Source of the DNA: an uncultured Gemmatimonadales bacterium
GTDB taxonomy: Bacteria; Gemmatimonadota; Gemmatimonadetes; Gemmatimonadales; Gemmatimonadaceae
NCBI GenBank assembly: GCA_963793305.1
Contig: CAWBZV010000006.1
Span: forward strand, 1-64,000
Direction: 5' to 3'
Length of the DNA: 64,000 nucleotides
Below, piece by piece: positions 1 through 9,671 of this stretch. The first letter of the stretch is position 1. Each line of letters begins with the position of its first letter. The notes below the pieces were generated by a model. It was not told the origin of the DNA. It ran no database searches and saw only the letters and a program-made list of their open reading frames with translations. A program made the position numbers and the translations under genes.

Positions 1-705
1 CCGGGCTCGAATCGTTGGTCAGGTCGTCCTCTTCGGTCGTGCCCGCCGCGCCGTCTTCTTCGGTTACCGGATCGTCGCTTTCGTCCGATGTGATCGTGTT
101 GTCGTCCAGCGAAATCGTTTCGTTCGAGTCGACGTTGACGTTGGCCGCTACCAGGCCGATCGTCGAAATGTCGATCGTCAGGCCGCTCTGGGCATCGTCC
201 TCTTCGCCGGTGAGTCGTCGAACGTTTCGTCATCGGCCGCGCTGCTACTCGTGCCGGGAAGCGTTTCGTTATCTTCCACATCGTCGTGGGCCGTGTCGGT
301 GCCAATGTCGGAATCGTTCGTGCTGATCGTCGTCGTCGTGACGGCCCCCGCCGGCGCGACGGTCGTGACGACGATATTGCCGTGTCCCCCTCGAATTGTA
401 CTTGTCGGTGCCGTCGTCTTCGCTTTCGGCTCGTCGCCTCCGCCGGTGACGGCGATTTGCTCCGTGGTCGTACCGTCGCCGGGCTGAAGTGTGGCCGCTC
501 CCGCGACCGTCTCATTTTCGTTGTCGCCGTCGCTGTAGTCGCTCTGGTCGTCGCTGGAGTCGTTGAAACTGTCGGAACCGGCCACCGAACCGCCGTCGGG
601 ATCGGTTTCGCTGGTCCCTTCCATGCCGCTGTCCGACGTCTGGTAATCTTCGGTCCCGCTGTCGCTGTCGTCGTGCGAATCGGTCCCCGTGATCGAGCCG
701 TTCCC
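1..705 (-). CDS. Fragment of a very acidic D/E/S/T-rich low-complexity protein, running off the window edge
   Basis: ORF 178..729 (GSITGTDSHDDSDSGTEDYQTSDSG...) continues after a frame break near 200 as EEDDAQSGLTIDISTIG...TEEDDLTNDSSP to base 1. It has no start of its own and abuts the rluB 5' fragment. Confidence 0.45.
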
Positions 706-945
706 GATCTTTCCGAGCCGTGAGCACACCGCCCGGCTTATTCAGGACGATCCACGTGGCCGACGCGGCTGGTGGCGTCACCTCGGCGCCATCGACGGTG
801 ATGCGATCCGTCGCCGGATCGACCGACTGCCCGATCTTCGCGACCTGCCCGTTGACCCGCACGCGCCCCGCCGCCACCAGCTCGTCCGCCCGCCGCCGCG
901 ATGCCACGCCGGAGCGGGCGAGCGCGCGCTGGATGGCGTCGTAGC
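700..945 (-). pseudogene. rluB: 5' fragment of RluB/RsuA-family pseudouridine synthase (S4 domain plus start of catalytic domain)
   Basis: IQRALARSGVASRRRADELVAAGRVRVNGQVA...WIVLNKPGGVLTARKD; canonical position after scpA-scpB. Homology stops near 705. Start codon is unclear. Confidence 0.75.
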
Positions 946-1472
946 TCAGAGAGCGGCTTGAGCGCGACGGCGAGCTCGTTCGCGCGCGGCGACTCGCCCA
1001 AGTGCCGCAACGCGAACTGCTCCAGGAACGCGGGCGTGGTTCCGTAGAGCAACGGCCGCCCGAGTCCCTCGGCCCGGCCGACCACGTCGACGAGCCCGCG
1101 CTGAAGCAAGGTCTTGAGCAGATTCCCTACCGTGACGCCACGAATCTCCTCGATCTCGGCCCGCGCGACGGGCTGTCGATACGCCACGAGCGCCAACGTC
1201 TCCAGCGCCGCCGATGACAGCCGCTGCGGCCGGGACGCGAGTTGCGCGCGCTCGATGGCCGCCGTGTACTCGCCGCGCGTCAGGATCTGCCACCCGCCGC
1301 CCGCCTCGATCAGCTCGACGCCGTGATCCGCGTAGTGCTCGGCGATCTCGGTCAACGCCGCGGTGATCTGCTCGCCCGTCGACTCGGGGTCGAGCGCCGC
1401 GAGGTCGTCGAGCGGTACCGGAGTGCCACTCGCGAAGAGCGCGGCTTCAAGCAGCTTGGCCAGCGGGCTCAC
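946..1472 (-). CDS. scpB: SMC-Scp complex subunit ScpB
   Basis: LEAALFA, LSSAALETLALVAYRQPVARAEIEEIRGV and GRPLLYGTTPAFLEQF motifs; GTG start overlaps the scpA stop (GTGA). The 3' end is approximate because the ORF reads through to 738. Confidence 0.9.
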
Positions 1473-2248
1473 ACCGAGCCGCTCCGCGGCTCGTCGATGC
1501 AGCGCTGCGCGCTGCTCGACTGGTCGGTTGGACAGATCTCGCCTTGCGGCGAGATCCACACGTCGGCAAACGGCGCCGCTTGCCGAATGATGCATTCACC
1601 CAAACGGGCCGTTGAAGCAGCGCCAACGAGAAACGACAACGCGCGCCATGGCTCCGACCCGGCGGCCAGAGATCGCGCCACGACGCACGCGAGCGCTCGG
1701 CAAGCAACGCGCGCACGGCGCGCAGCGCGCCTTCCACGTCGAGGGCTCGCGGCACGACAGTGTGCACGATCGGGCGCACAGCGGAGCGCAGCACCCGATC
1801 GACCGCGGCAAGAGAGCTCGCTCATCGAGACCGACAACACCGTGTTCTGAGGCACCGAATCGCCGGGGCGAACGGGCACGGTACGCGCGAATTGATTGCG
1901 GCGCGCTTCGCCTCGCGCATCCAAGATGTCGACGACCTCGCGGACCTGCTGATACTCGAGCAGCCGGCGCACGAGCTCCGCGCGCGGATCCTCCCACGCC
2001 TCGTTCCCTTCCGGATGCGGCAGGAGCAACTGTGCCTTGATGCGCAACAACCGAGCGGCCATGTCGAGATAGTCCGCCGCCTCGTCGAGGCCGAGCGAGT
2101 GCAGGCGCACGAGGAATTGCTCGGCCACGCGCGCGATCGGAATGTCGTAAATGTCGATCTGCTCGTCGCGAATGAGCGTCAACAGGAGATCCAGCGGCCC
2201 GTTGAAGTGCGCGAGCTCGACGACGAATGGTGCGCCCTCGGCGATCAT
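1469..2248 (-). CDS. scpA: Segregation/condensation protein ScpA (frame breaks in the C-terminal half)
   Basis: FNGPLDLLLTLIR...IDIYDIPIA, AADYLDMAARLLRIKA and DPRAELVRRLLEY; +1 break near 1812, with the middle part in ORF 1447..1794. Confidence 0.9.
   Translation of the reverse strand: MIAEGAPFVVELAHFNGPLDLLLTLIRDEQIDIYDIPIARVAEQFLVRLHSLGLDEAADYLDMAARLLRIKAQLLLPHPEGNEAWEDPRAELVRRLLEYQQVREVVDILDARGEARRNQFARTVPVRPGDSVPQNTVLSVSMSELSCRGRSGAALRCAPDRAHCRAASPRRGRRAARRARVACRALACVVARSLAAGSEPWRALSFLVGAASTARLGECIIRQAAPFADVWISPQGEICPTDQSSSAQRCIDEPRSGSV
1478..1529 (-). repeat. Copy of an interspersed REP-like palindromic repeat inside the scpA 3' end
   Basis: Reverse complement AACCGACCAGTCGAGCAGCGCGCAGCGCTGCATCGACGAGCCGCGGAGCGGC matches 62216-62266 and 62429-62479 with 2 mismatches and 1 indel. 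Confidence 0.85.
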
Positions 2249-2308
2249 AGCGTCAAAGTAATGGCGCATCTCTGACATGCGCGATTGGGACGGCAACCTT
2301 ACAGGTCT

Positions 2309-2548
2309 ATGCCGAACATCCAGTCCGCGAAGAAAAACATGCGCAAGTCCCGGGCGGCGACGGTGCGCAATCGCGCCCAGCGCTCGGCGCTGCGGACCGC
2401 GCTCAAGAAGGCCAAGGCCCCCACGTCGTCGGCCGACGAGCGTCTGGCCGCTGTCAGCCTGCTCGACCGCGCGGCGCGCAAAGGGCTCATTCACCGGAAT
2501 GCGGCCGCTCGGCAAAAGAGCCACCTCGCCAAGGCCGCTAAGGCCTAG
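2309..2548 (+). CDS. rpsT: 30S ribosomal protein S20
   Basis: MPNIQSAKKNMRKS...RNRAQRSALRTALKK...DRAARKGLIHRNAAARQKS. Confidence 0.97.
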   Translation: MPNIQSAKKNMRKSRAATVRNRAQRSALRTALKKAKAPTSSADERLAAVSLLDRAARKGLIHRNAAARQKSHLAKAAKA

Positions 2549-2563
2549 GCCGCGCGGGGCCCG

Positions 2564-3619
2564 TTACATTGCGGCGAGTTCGCCGCCGCACCGCTCGCAA
2601 TACCACTCCGTCGGGTAGTTCATAGACCCACACTCCGAGCACTTGAGCGTCTTGACCTGCTCGGTCGGCACGTCGCGCAAAAACACCGGCACACTGCCAC
2701 TGTCGCCCTTCGCGGGCGCCGCCGGGTTATCGCGCAACGAGATGTCGTTCAGCGTCCCGGCCTCTGGCGGAGTCGCGAGCTTGGCGCGCGACGAAGGAGC
2801 AGGTGCGGCCTGACCGCCAGCGGCAGCCGCGCGCGCCTGATTGCCCGCAGCCCCAGGCGGTGATGCAGCCCCCCCGGCCGGCGCCACCGACTTCAAGAAC
2901 GCGAGCTCGTCGAACATCTTCGGATCCATGGTCGGCCCAGTCTTGGGCTCTGTCCTGGGCTCAGCCGGCCGCGGGATCGCGGCAGATGGTCTCCGCATCG
3001 CCCCGTCGGCGGTCCTCGGCTCAGGCGGCCGCAGTCGCGGGATCTCGGGCGGCGGCGGTGGAGGCGGTGGCGCCGCGGCTGGCGCGCTCGCCGCCTGTGG
3101 CGCAGCAACGGTCATCGGCGGCGTCAACGGCGGTGCGGCTGGAGGAGCCGGCGGTACCGGCACGACCGGCTCGGGGCGCCGACTCTTCGCCATGTTGAGC
3201 AGCTGTTGCAGCTGCGCCAACTCCGCGGTCGCCTCGGACCGTTCGCTCGATAGCCGAGCAATCTCGGTGTCGGTCGCCTCACTCAGCTCGATCCACCGCT
3301 CCTGCGTGTACTCGCCAACGGCGGCCCGGAGCTCAGCCTCGGCGCGCTCATCGCGCCTGGTGTTCTCCTCGGACTCGAGCGTCGACAGCTTGGCGCCGAG
3401 CGAATCCACCGATTGCTGAAGCTCGGCCGATCGCCCGCCGAGCTGATCGAGCACGCCCGACAACCGTGCCGTGTAATCCGCGTGCACACGCGAGTAGACG
3501 TTCGCCGGCGTAATCGCGCGCCGCGATTCGAGCGTCGCCAACCATTGCTCGAACCGGCGGCGCTCTTGCAGCAACGCCGTGATCACATCCGTCGATTTCT
3601 CAGCGCCCGTAGCCATCAC
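2564..3619 (-). CDS. Hypothetical protein: N-terminal coiled coil, Pro/Ala linker, C-terminal zinc ribbon
   Basis: Heptad-like N-terminus; C-terminal CSECGSMNYPTEWYCERC; directly downstream of pyrC. Confidence 0.8.
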   Translation of the reverse strand: MMATGAEKSTDVITALLQERRRFEQWLATLESRRAITPANVYSRVHADYTARLSGVLDQLGGRSAELQQSVDSLGAKLSTLESEENTRRDERAEAELRAAVGEYTQERWIELSEATDTEIARLSSERSEATAELAQLQQLLNMAKSRRPEPVVPVPPAPPAAPPLTPPMTVAAPQAASAPAAAPPPPPPPPEIPRLRPPEPRTADGAMRRPSAAIPRPAEPRTEPKTGPTMDPKMFDELAFLKSVAPAGGAASPPGAAGNQARAAAAGGQAAPAPSSRAKLATPPEAGTLNDISLRDNPAAPAKGDSGSVPVFLRDVPTEQVKTLKCSECGSMNYPTEWYCERCGGELAAM

Positions 3620-3641
3620 CTCTAGAGTAATCCCTGAAGTG

Positions 3642-4931
3642 TCACGATGCTATTCGGTGGACGATACGGCCCCCAACTATGGTACACATCGCCCGACCCT
3701 TGAGCTCGAAGCCGGCATAGGGGGTATTCCGACCTTTGGACACGAATCGGGTCGGATCCACCTTCCACATCCGCTGCGGGTCGAACACCGTCACGTCTCC
3801 CGGCGTTCCCTTCGCCAGCGATCCGCCACGCAGATGAAACAGTCGGGCGGGCGCCACGGACATCCGATCGATCAGCTGGGCCCACGTCAGGATCCCGCGG
3901 TCGACCAGCGTCGTCACGTTGACGCCGAGCGCGGTCTCGAGGCCGACGATTCCATTCGGCGCATCGGCGAACTCGCGCTCCTTTTCGTCGTAGTGGTGCG
4001 GCGCGTGATCGGTCGCCACGACATTGATCGTCCCGTCGCGCAGCGCCTCCTGGAGAGCCGCGACGTCCTCCGCCGTGCGGAGCGGCGGGTTCATCTTCGC
4101 GTTCGTGTTGTAGCCCTCGACCGCGTCCTCGGTGAGCGACAGATGGTGCGGGCACACCTCGGCCGTCACGTTTATGCCCCGCTCTTTCCCCCAGCGAATG
4201 AGCTCGACCGATCCCTTAGTGCTCATGTGCGCCAGATGCACGTGCCCTCCGGTCCTCCGCGCGAGCAGAATATCGCGGATGACCATGATCTCTTCGGCTT
4301 CGGACGGGATGCCTTTAAGTCCCAGCCTCGCGCTCACGAGGCCCTCGTTCATGGCACCTCCGGCCGCCAGCGTCGGCTCCTCGCAGTGATCGACGACCGG
4401 GATGCCGAACGTTCGTGCGTACTCCAGCGCGTTGCGCATCAGCTGCGCGCTCACGACCGGCCTCCCATCGTCGCTGACCGCGACGGCGCCCGCCCCGACC
4501 ATCTCCCCAACCTCGGCCAGCGCCACCCCTTTCTGCCCCACGGAAATGGCGCCGATGGGATACACGCGCGCCGCGGCGGCCGCGAGGCCTTGGCGCACGA
4601 TGAACCCAACCGCCGCCTGATTGTCGGTGACGGGATCGGTGTTCGGCATCGCGCAGACCGCCGTGAATCCCCCCGCCGCGGCCGCGCGGGCCCCGGACGC
4701 GATCGTCTCGACGTCCTCCCGACCGGGCTCCCTCAAGTGGGTATGCACGTCGACGAATCCTGGGCTGACAATGCATCCCGAGCAGTCGAGAATCTCGACG
4801 CCCTCCGGCCCCGCTATACCCAATCCGGTTGCTTCGACCAAACCATCCATGACGAGCACGTCGCCGACGCTATCGACGCCCCGACCCGGATCGATCACCC
4901 GGCCGCCGCGCAGCAGCAGTGGCTTTGTCAT
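3642..4931 (-). CDS. pyrC: Dihydroorotase
   Basis: DVHTHLREPG, MPNTDP, KMNPPLR and ATDHAPH motifs; ATGA overlap with pyrB. Confidence 0.95.
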   Translation of the reverse strand: MTKPLLLRGGRVIDPGRGVDSVGDVLVMDGLVEATGLGIAGPEGVEILDCSGCIVSPGFVDVHTHLREPGREDVETIASGARAAAAGGFTAVCAMPNTDPVTDNQAAVGFIVRQGLAAAAARVYPIGAISVGQKGVALAEVGEMVGAGAVAVSDDGRPVVSAQLMRNALEYARTFGIPVVDHCEEPTLAAGGAMNEGLVSARLGLKGIPSEAEEIMVIRDILLARRTGGHVHLAHMSTKGSVELIRWGKERGINVTAEVCPHHLSLTEDAVEGYNTNAKMNPPLRTAEDVAALQEALRDGTINVVATDHAPHHYDEKEREFADAPNGIVGLETALGVNVTTLVDRGILTWAQLIDRMSVAPARLFHLRGGSLAKGTPGDVTVFDPQRMWKVDPTRFVSKGRNTPYAGFELKGRAMCTIVGGRIVHRIAS

Positions 4932-5878
4932 CCTTTTGCCGCCTCGGCGAGCTCCGGCCGGCCGCCGGCGAGCAGATACAAGACCGCCATGCGAATGGCC
5001 ACGCCGTTCGTCACCTGATTGAGGATCACGCTGTGCGGGCCATCGGCCACATTGGAGTCGATTTCCACGCCGCGATTCATTGGCCCCGGGTGGAGAATGA
5101 GCAGCTCTTTCGAGGCTCGCGCCACCCGATCGGCGGTCACGCCGAACACGCGATTGTACTCGCGGAGCGACGGGATGTAGCCCGCGGTCATACGCTCCAG
5201 TTGCAACCGCAGCACGTTGAGCGCCTGGGCCCACTCGATGGCCGCTTCGATCCTGTCGAACACCTGGACGCCAAACTCCTCGATCCCATATGGCAGCAAC
5301 GATCGCGGGCCGCACACGGCGACCTCGGCGCCCATTTTCTGGAGACCCCAGATATTTGACCGCGCGACGCGCGAGTGCAGGACGTCGCCGCAAATACACA
5401 CCCGGAGCCCCTTCAACTCTTTGAAATGATCTCGGAGCGTGAGGAGATCGAGCAGTCCTTGGGTGGGGTGTTCATGCGTGCCGTCGCCGGCGTTGATCAC
5501 ATTCGACTCGATGCGCTCGGCCAGGAACTGCGCCGCCCCAGACGCGCCGTGCCGCATGACGACCATGTCGATGCGCATCGCCTCGAGGTTCCGCGCCGTA
5601 TCGACCAGCGTTTCGCCCTTCGAGACCGACGAGCCTGACGAACTGACGTTCACCGTGTCGGCCGAGAGCCGTTTCTCGGCGAACTCGAACGACACGCGCG
5701 TACGGGTCGACGGCTCGAAGAAGAGATTGACGATAGTCGACCCGCGGAGCGCCGGCACCTTCTTGATGGCCCGCTCGCTGATCTCCTTGAACGGCTCCGC
5801 CGTGTCGAGAATGAGCCGAATTTGCTCCGCACTGAGCGGCTCGAGCCCCAGCAAGTCTTTGCCGAGCGCGCTCGTCAC
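4928..5878 (-). CDS. pyrB: Aspartate carbamoyltransferase catalytic subunit
   Basis: FFEPSTRTRVSFE, HEHPTQGLLD and HPGPMNRGVEI motifs. Confidence 0.97.
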   Translation of the reverse strand: MTSALGKDLLGLEPLSAEQIRLILDTAEPFKEISERAIKKVPALRGSTIVNLFFEPSTRTRVSFEFAEKRLSADTVNVSSSGSSVSKGETLVDTARNLEAMRIDMVVMRHGASGAAQFLAERIESNVINAGDGTHEHPTQGLLDLLTLRDHFKELKGLRVCICGDVLHSRVARSNIWGLQKMGAEVAVCGPRSLLPYGIEEFGVQVFDRIEAAIEWAQALNVLRLQLERMTAGYIPSLREYNRVFGVTADRVARASKELLILHPGPMNRGVEIDSNVADGPHSVILNQVTNGVAIRMAVLYLLAGGRPELAEAAKG

Positions 5879-6414
5879 GGAGTCACCAAGATCACCGCGT
5901 CCTTTCCGTCGAGGCTGTGAACGAGCACATTGACCCGCTGATCCTTCGGCAGGTCGACGCGTTTGCCGACGATATCGGCATGAATGGGCAGCTCTCGCCC
6001 GCCGCGATCGACGAGGACGGCGAGCGCGATCCGCGCCGGCCGCCCAAAGTCCGCGAGCTCGTCGAGGGCCGCGCGCACGGTGCGCCCGGTATAGAGCACG
6101 TCGTCGACGATGATGACCTGCGCCCCGTCGATGTCGCGCGGGAGCTCGGTTTTCCCGACCACCGGTCGCGGACCGACGGTCTGAAGATCGTCTCGGTAGA
6201 GCGTGATATCGAGCGCCCCGCGCGGCGGCGCATCGCCTTCGCGTTCGCCGATGAGGTGGGCCAGTCGGTCCGCCAGCTGGACCCCGCGCCGCTGAATACC
6301 GACCAGCATCAGCCGGTCGGTCCCGCCGTTGAGCTCCACAATCTCGCCCGCCATCCGCTTCAAAGTGCGGTCGACTGCCCGGGCGTCCAGCAGTATGAGT
6401 GAGTTTGGTCCCAT
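5875..6414 (-). CDS. pyrR: Bifunctional pyr regulator / uracil phosphoribosyltransferase PyrR
   Basis: LDITLYRDD, IVDDVLYTGRTVRAALD and DRGGRELPIHAD motifs. Confidence 0.95.
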   Translation of the reverse strand: MGPNSLILLDARAVDRTLKRMAGEIVELNGGTDRLMLVGIQRRGVQLADRLAHLIGEREGDAPPRGALDITLYRDDLQTVGPRPVVGKTELPRDIDGAQVIIVDDVLYTGRTVRAALDELADFGRPARIALAVLVDRGGRELPIHADIVGKRVDLPKDQRVNVLVHSLDGKDAVILVTP

Positions 6415-6445
6415 CCAGGGGCCAAATATAAGGGGAGGTGTGGAA

Positions 6446-6473
6446 GGGGGGTGTGGGGGGGAACGCCCCACAC
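6446..6473 (+). repeat. G-rich hairpin upstream of pyrR
   Basis: G6 run leading into the stem GTGTGGGG (6451-6458) / CCCCACAC (6466-6473). Confidence 0.5.
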
Positions 6474-6483
6474 GCTCCGACGC

Positions 6484-6804
6484 CTACGTCCGCTCGTCCC
6501 TCTGTTGCTCGTCGGCCAGCCGTATAGTCAGCCCGGCCGGCTTCTGATACCGCCGGAGAAACGCCCGGAACTTGACGGCCGCCATGCGGGCATCGTCCTC
6601 GCCGCCCGCGATGATGACTCGCGCCTCATAGATGACCCGCCGACTCGACGTGTCGACGTTAGCGGTTGTCACTAGCGACAACGGCACTTCTTCATGGAGT
6701 GGCATTCCCACTGCTGAGCTCGTGTATGGGTGGAATCCAGCCAGCGTCGACCTGGGGACCCGTTGGAAGGCCGCGCCCCTACATCCGTCCACCGTTGGTG
6801 TCAT
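6484..6804 (-). CDS. Hypothetical protein
   Basis: Only plausible ORF in the gap, divergent from the XRE gene. Start uncertain, no recognisable motif. Confidence 0.4.
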   Translation of the reverse strand: MTPTVDGCRGAAFQRVPRSTLAGFHPYTSSAVGMPLHEEVPLSLVTTANVDTSSRRVIYEARVIIAGGEDDARMAAVKFRAFLRRYQKPAGLTIRLADEQQRDERT

Positions 6805-6951
6805 GTGCGTAACTACTCACGCGGCACTTGTATGTGTGCGATGGCGACCGGCCGTGTGTCACTCACCCGTGAGCCATTCCGCCCGTGGCTCAGTTCACCG
6901 TGGATCATTATTACCGTGGGCGTGCCTCGACATTCTCGCACTGATCACCAA

Positions 6952-7167
6952 ATGCTCGCCGCCGTTCTGATAACCTTCCGCAAGCAACGCGGTATGTCCC
7001 AGGAGAAATTCGCGGCCCAGTCCAACGTCGACCGGGCCTACGTGGGCGGGATCGAGCGAGCGACGCGCCGGCCTTCCTTCTCTATCATCGAGAAGCTGCT
7101 GGTCGGGCTCGATGTCACCTGGGCCGAGTTTGGGACGGCGCTCGATCGCGAGGCGAAGCGACGCTAG
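6952..7167 (+). CDS. XRE/Cro-family helix-turn-helix regulator (C-protein-like)
   Basis: FRKQRGMSQEKFAAQSNVDRAYVGGIERATRRPSFSIIEKL. Confidence 0.9.
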   Translation: MLAAVLITFRKQRGMSQEKFAAQSNVDRAYVGGIERATRRPSFSIIEKLLVGLDVTWAEFGTALDREAKRR

Positions 7168-7966
7168 CGATGAAGTTCCGCCGGGAGTACTCGCCCCCCG
7201 TCAGAAACCGGAGCGACCCCTCCCGCCCGAGGACCTCCCGGGCAATCGCCCTATGATTCCACCCCTCGGCTAGACGCCGCTCGATCACGGCGATGGTCCC
7301 CTCGATCCAGTCGGCCTTTGCCGTCAGCGCCCCGATGGGGTCCATGATCAGCCCTCGATGCGCATCGAAGAGTCGCTTCGGCCGAAGCGCGATGGCGGCG
7401 CGCAGGCTGGCCGCGTGCGTGCGTGGGTCCTCCCACGGCGCCAGCACCCGGACCTTGACGCCGAGAAAGAGGTCCGCGCCGAACAGGTGCTCCCGCTCGG
7501 CGTCCCACACCGCGTGATGGTCGGCCGAGTGCCCTGGGGTATGCACCATCACCAGCGCGGGTTCGTCGACATCACCGGGCTCCAGCACATTGGGCAACCT
7601 CCGTGGATGCCCCCACACGAAGATTCGATAGAGTCCGATCCCCTTTGCGCCTTGCAGCTCGGCAAGGGTCCCCGGTGTCATTTGCATGGGGACCTTCAGG
7701 CGCGCCACGAGATCGACGTTGCCCGCATGATCCTCGTGGGCATGGGTCACGATGACCCCTCGCGGCTTCGCCGCCTGGAGCCACTGCGCGAATTCGCGGC
7801 CGATCGCCGGGAAGCCCGTGTCGATGACCACGCCCCGCGTCACGTAGGCGCTGACGTGGTACCCGACTGACATGCTCCGCCGGGTCCACATGATGATCCG
7901 TTCCACGTCCCCGTATCGCTCGATGCTCAGCATGAGGACCCGGATCTGGCGCCCGGACGTACCCAC
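7115..7966 (-). CDS. MBL-fold metallo-hydrolase
   Basis: THAHEDHAG, HTPGHSADH and LFGADL motifs; start may be 7933. Confidence 0.9.
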   Translation of the reverse strand: MGTSGRQIRVLMLSIERYGDVERIIMWTRRSMSVGYHVSAYVTRGVVIDTGFPAIGREFAQWLQAAKPRGVIVTHAHEDHAGNVDLVARLKVPMQMTPGTLAELQGAKGIGLYRIFVWGHPRRLPNVLEPGDVDEPALVMVHTPGHSADHHAVWDAEREHLFGADLFLGVKVRVLAPWEDPRTHAASLRAAIALRPKRLFDAHRGLIMDPIGALTAKADWIEGTIAVIERRLAEGWNHRAIAREVLGREGSLRFLTGGEYSRRNFIASVASPRDRAPSQTRPR

Positions 7967-7980
7967 AGGCAGTCTACCGC

Positions 7981-9664
7981 ATGCCGCATCGTGTCGGTCC
8001 GTGCCTGCTGGCGGCCGCGAGCCTCGCTTGCACGACCCGCCACTCGCCGCCGCCGGCAGACACGGTACTGCGCGGCGGCGCCGTGTACACGGTCGACTCG
8101 CTGCACCCGACGGCGCAGGCGGTTGCCATCACCGCCGGCCGCATCGCCTACGTCGGCGACGACAGCGGGGTCACGCCGTGGATCGGCACCCAGACCGTCG
8201 TGATCGAGTTGGGCGGCCGGATGCTGTTGCCCGGCTTTCACGATTCGCACGTGCACGCGATCACCGGCGGATTGAACCTCGGCGACTGTCTCCTCGCGAG
8301 CCTGCCGACCGCCGCCGCGGTCGTCGACTCGATCCGCCACTGCGCCAAGACCACGCCATGGTTCCGCGGCTCGGGCTGGGACGACCCGATCTTTCCCCGC
8401 GCGAACCCGCTGCGCGAGTTGCTCGACTCGCTCGTGCCAGACCGACCAGCCTACGTCGAATCCGCCGACGCCCACTCGGCGTGGGTCAACTCGAAGGCGC
8501 TCGACGCCGCCGACATCACGTCGGCGACGCCCGATCCGCCGAACGGCCATATCGAGCGCGATCCTCGCACGCACCGGCCGAGCGGCACGCTGCGCGAGGA
8601 CGCCAGGTATCTGGTCACGAAGCGGATGCCCGAGCGCACGCCCGGCGAATACGGCGCCGCCCTGGCCCGCGCGCTCGCCCTCGCCAACCGTTACGGCCTC
8701 ACGTCGCTGTTCGAGGCGAACGCCGACTCGGCCCGCCTCGCCACTTACGCGACCGCTGACCGCCAGGGCAAGCTCACGGCGTGGATTACGACGTTGCAGT
8801 ACGTCGAGCCCACGCGCGGCGTCGAACAGATCCCCCGTCTCATCTGGCTCGGCCATCGCTATCGCACGACCCACGTGCGAACCGATGCGATCAAGATCTT
8901 CGGCGACGGCGTGATCGAAACGCATACGGCCGCGCTCCTCGCACCGTACGTCGGGACGAACGACCGCGGTACGCTCACCAGCACGCCCGGCCATCTCGAC
9001 ACATTGGTCGCGGCGCTCGACAAGGCGCGATTTCAAATTCACATCCACGCCATCGGCGATCGCACCGTGCACGCGGCGCTCGACGCCATTGCCTTCGCCC
9101 GGCGCGTCAACGGCCCGCGCGATGCCCGTCCGCAAATCGCGCACTTGGAGCTCGTCGACACGACCGACGTGGGCCGATTCCGCGTGCTCGGCGTGTTCGC
9201 CGACTTCGAACCGGAGTGGGCGTTCCCGGACAAGTACGTCACCGAGATGACCGTCCCGGTACTCGGCCCGGCTCGCTCGGCCCGCCTCTACCCGATGGGT
9301 GAGATCGCCCGTACCGGCGCCACGCTCGTCGCCGGCTCCGACTGGGACGTCTCGCCGCTCGACCCGCTCCAAGGCATCGAGGTCGCCATCACGCGCCGCG
9401 ACCCTGACGGCCCGCCCGGGCCACCGTGGCTGCCCAACGAGGCCATCTCCGCTGCCAGAGATTATCGCCGCCTACACGATCAACGGCGCGCGGGTCGCTT
9501 TTGCCGACTCGGCGCGCGGCTCTATCACCGTTGGTAAATGGGCTGATCTTATCGTGCTGGACCACAATCTCCTTACGATCGCGCCACGGGACATTCACCG
9601 AACCAAAGTGCTACTCACGCTCTTTCAGGGCCACGAAGTATATAGGGACTCACAATGGCACTGA
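7981..9664 (+). CDS. Amidohydrolase family 3 (YtcJ-like), probable lipoprotein; +1 frame break near 9449
   Basis: LPGFHDSHVH, IKIFGDG, HAIGDR and AGSDW motifs; the C-terminus (YTINGA...GSITVGKWADLIVLD) is in ORF 9299..9664. Confidence 0.9.
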
Positions 9665-9671
9665 CGGATTT

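Noticed and set aside
6415..6483. PyrR-binding attenuator upstream of pyrR
   Set aside because: No recognisable PyrR binding-loop consensus or U-tailed terminator on the minus strand.
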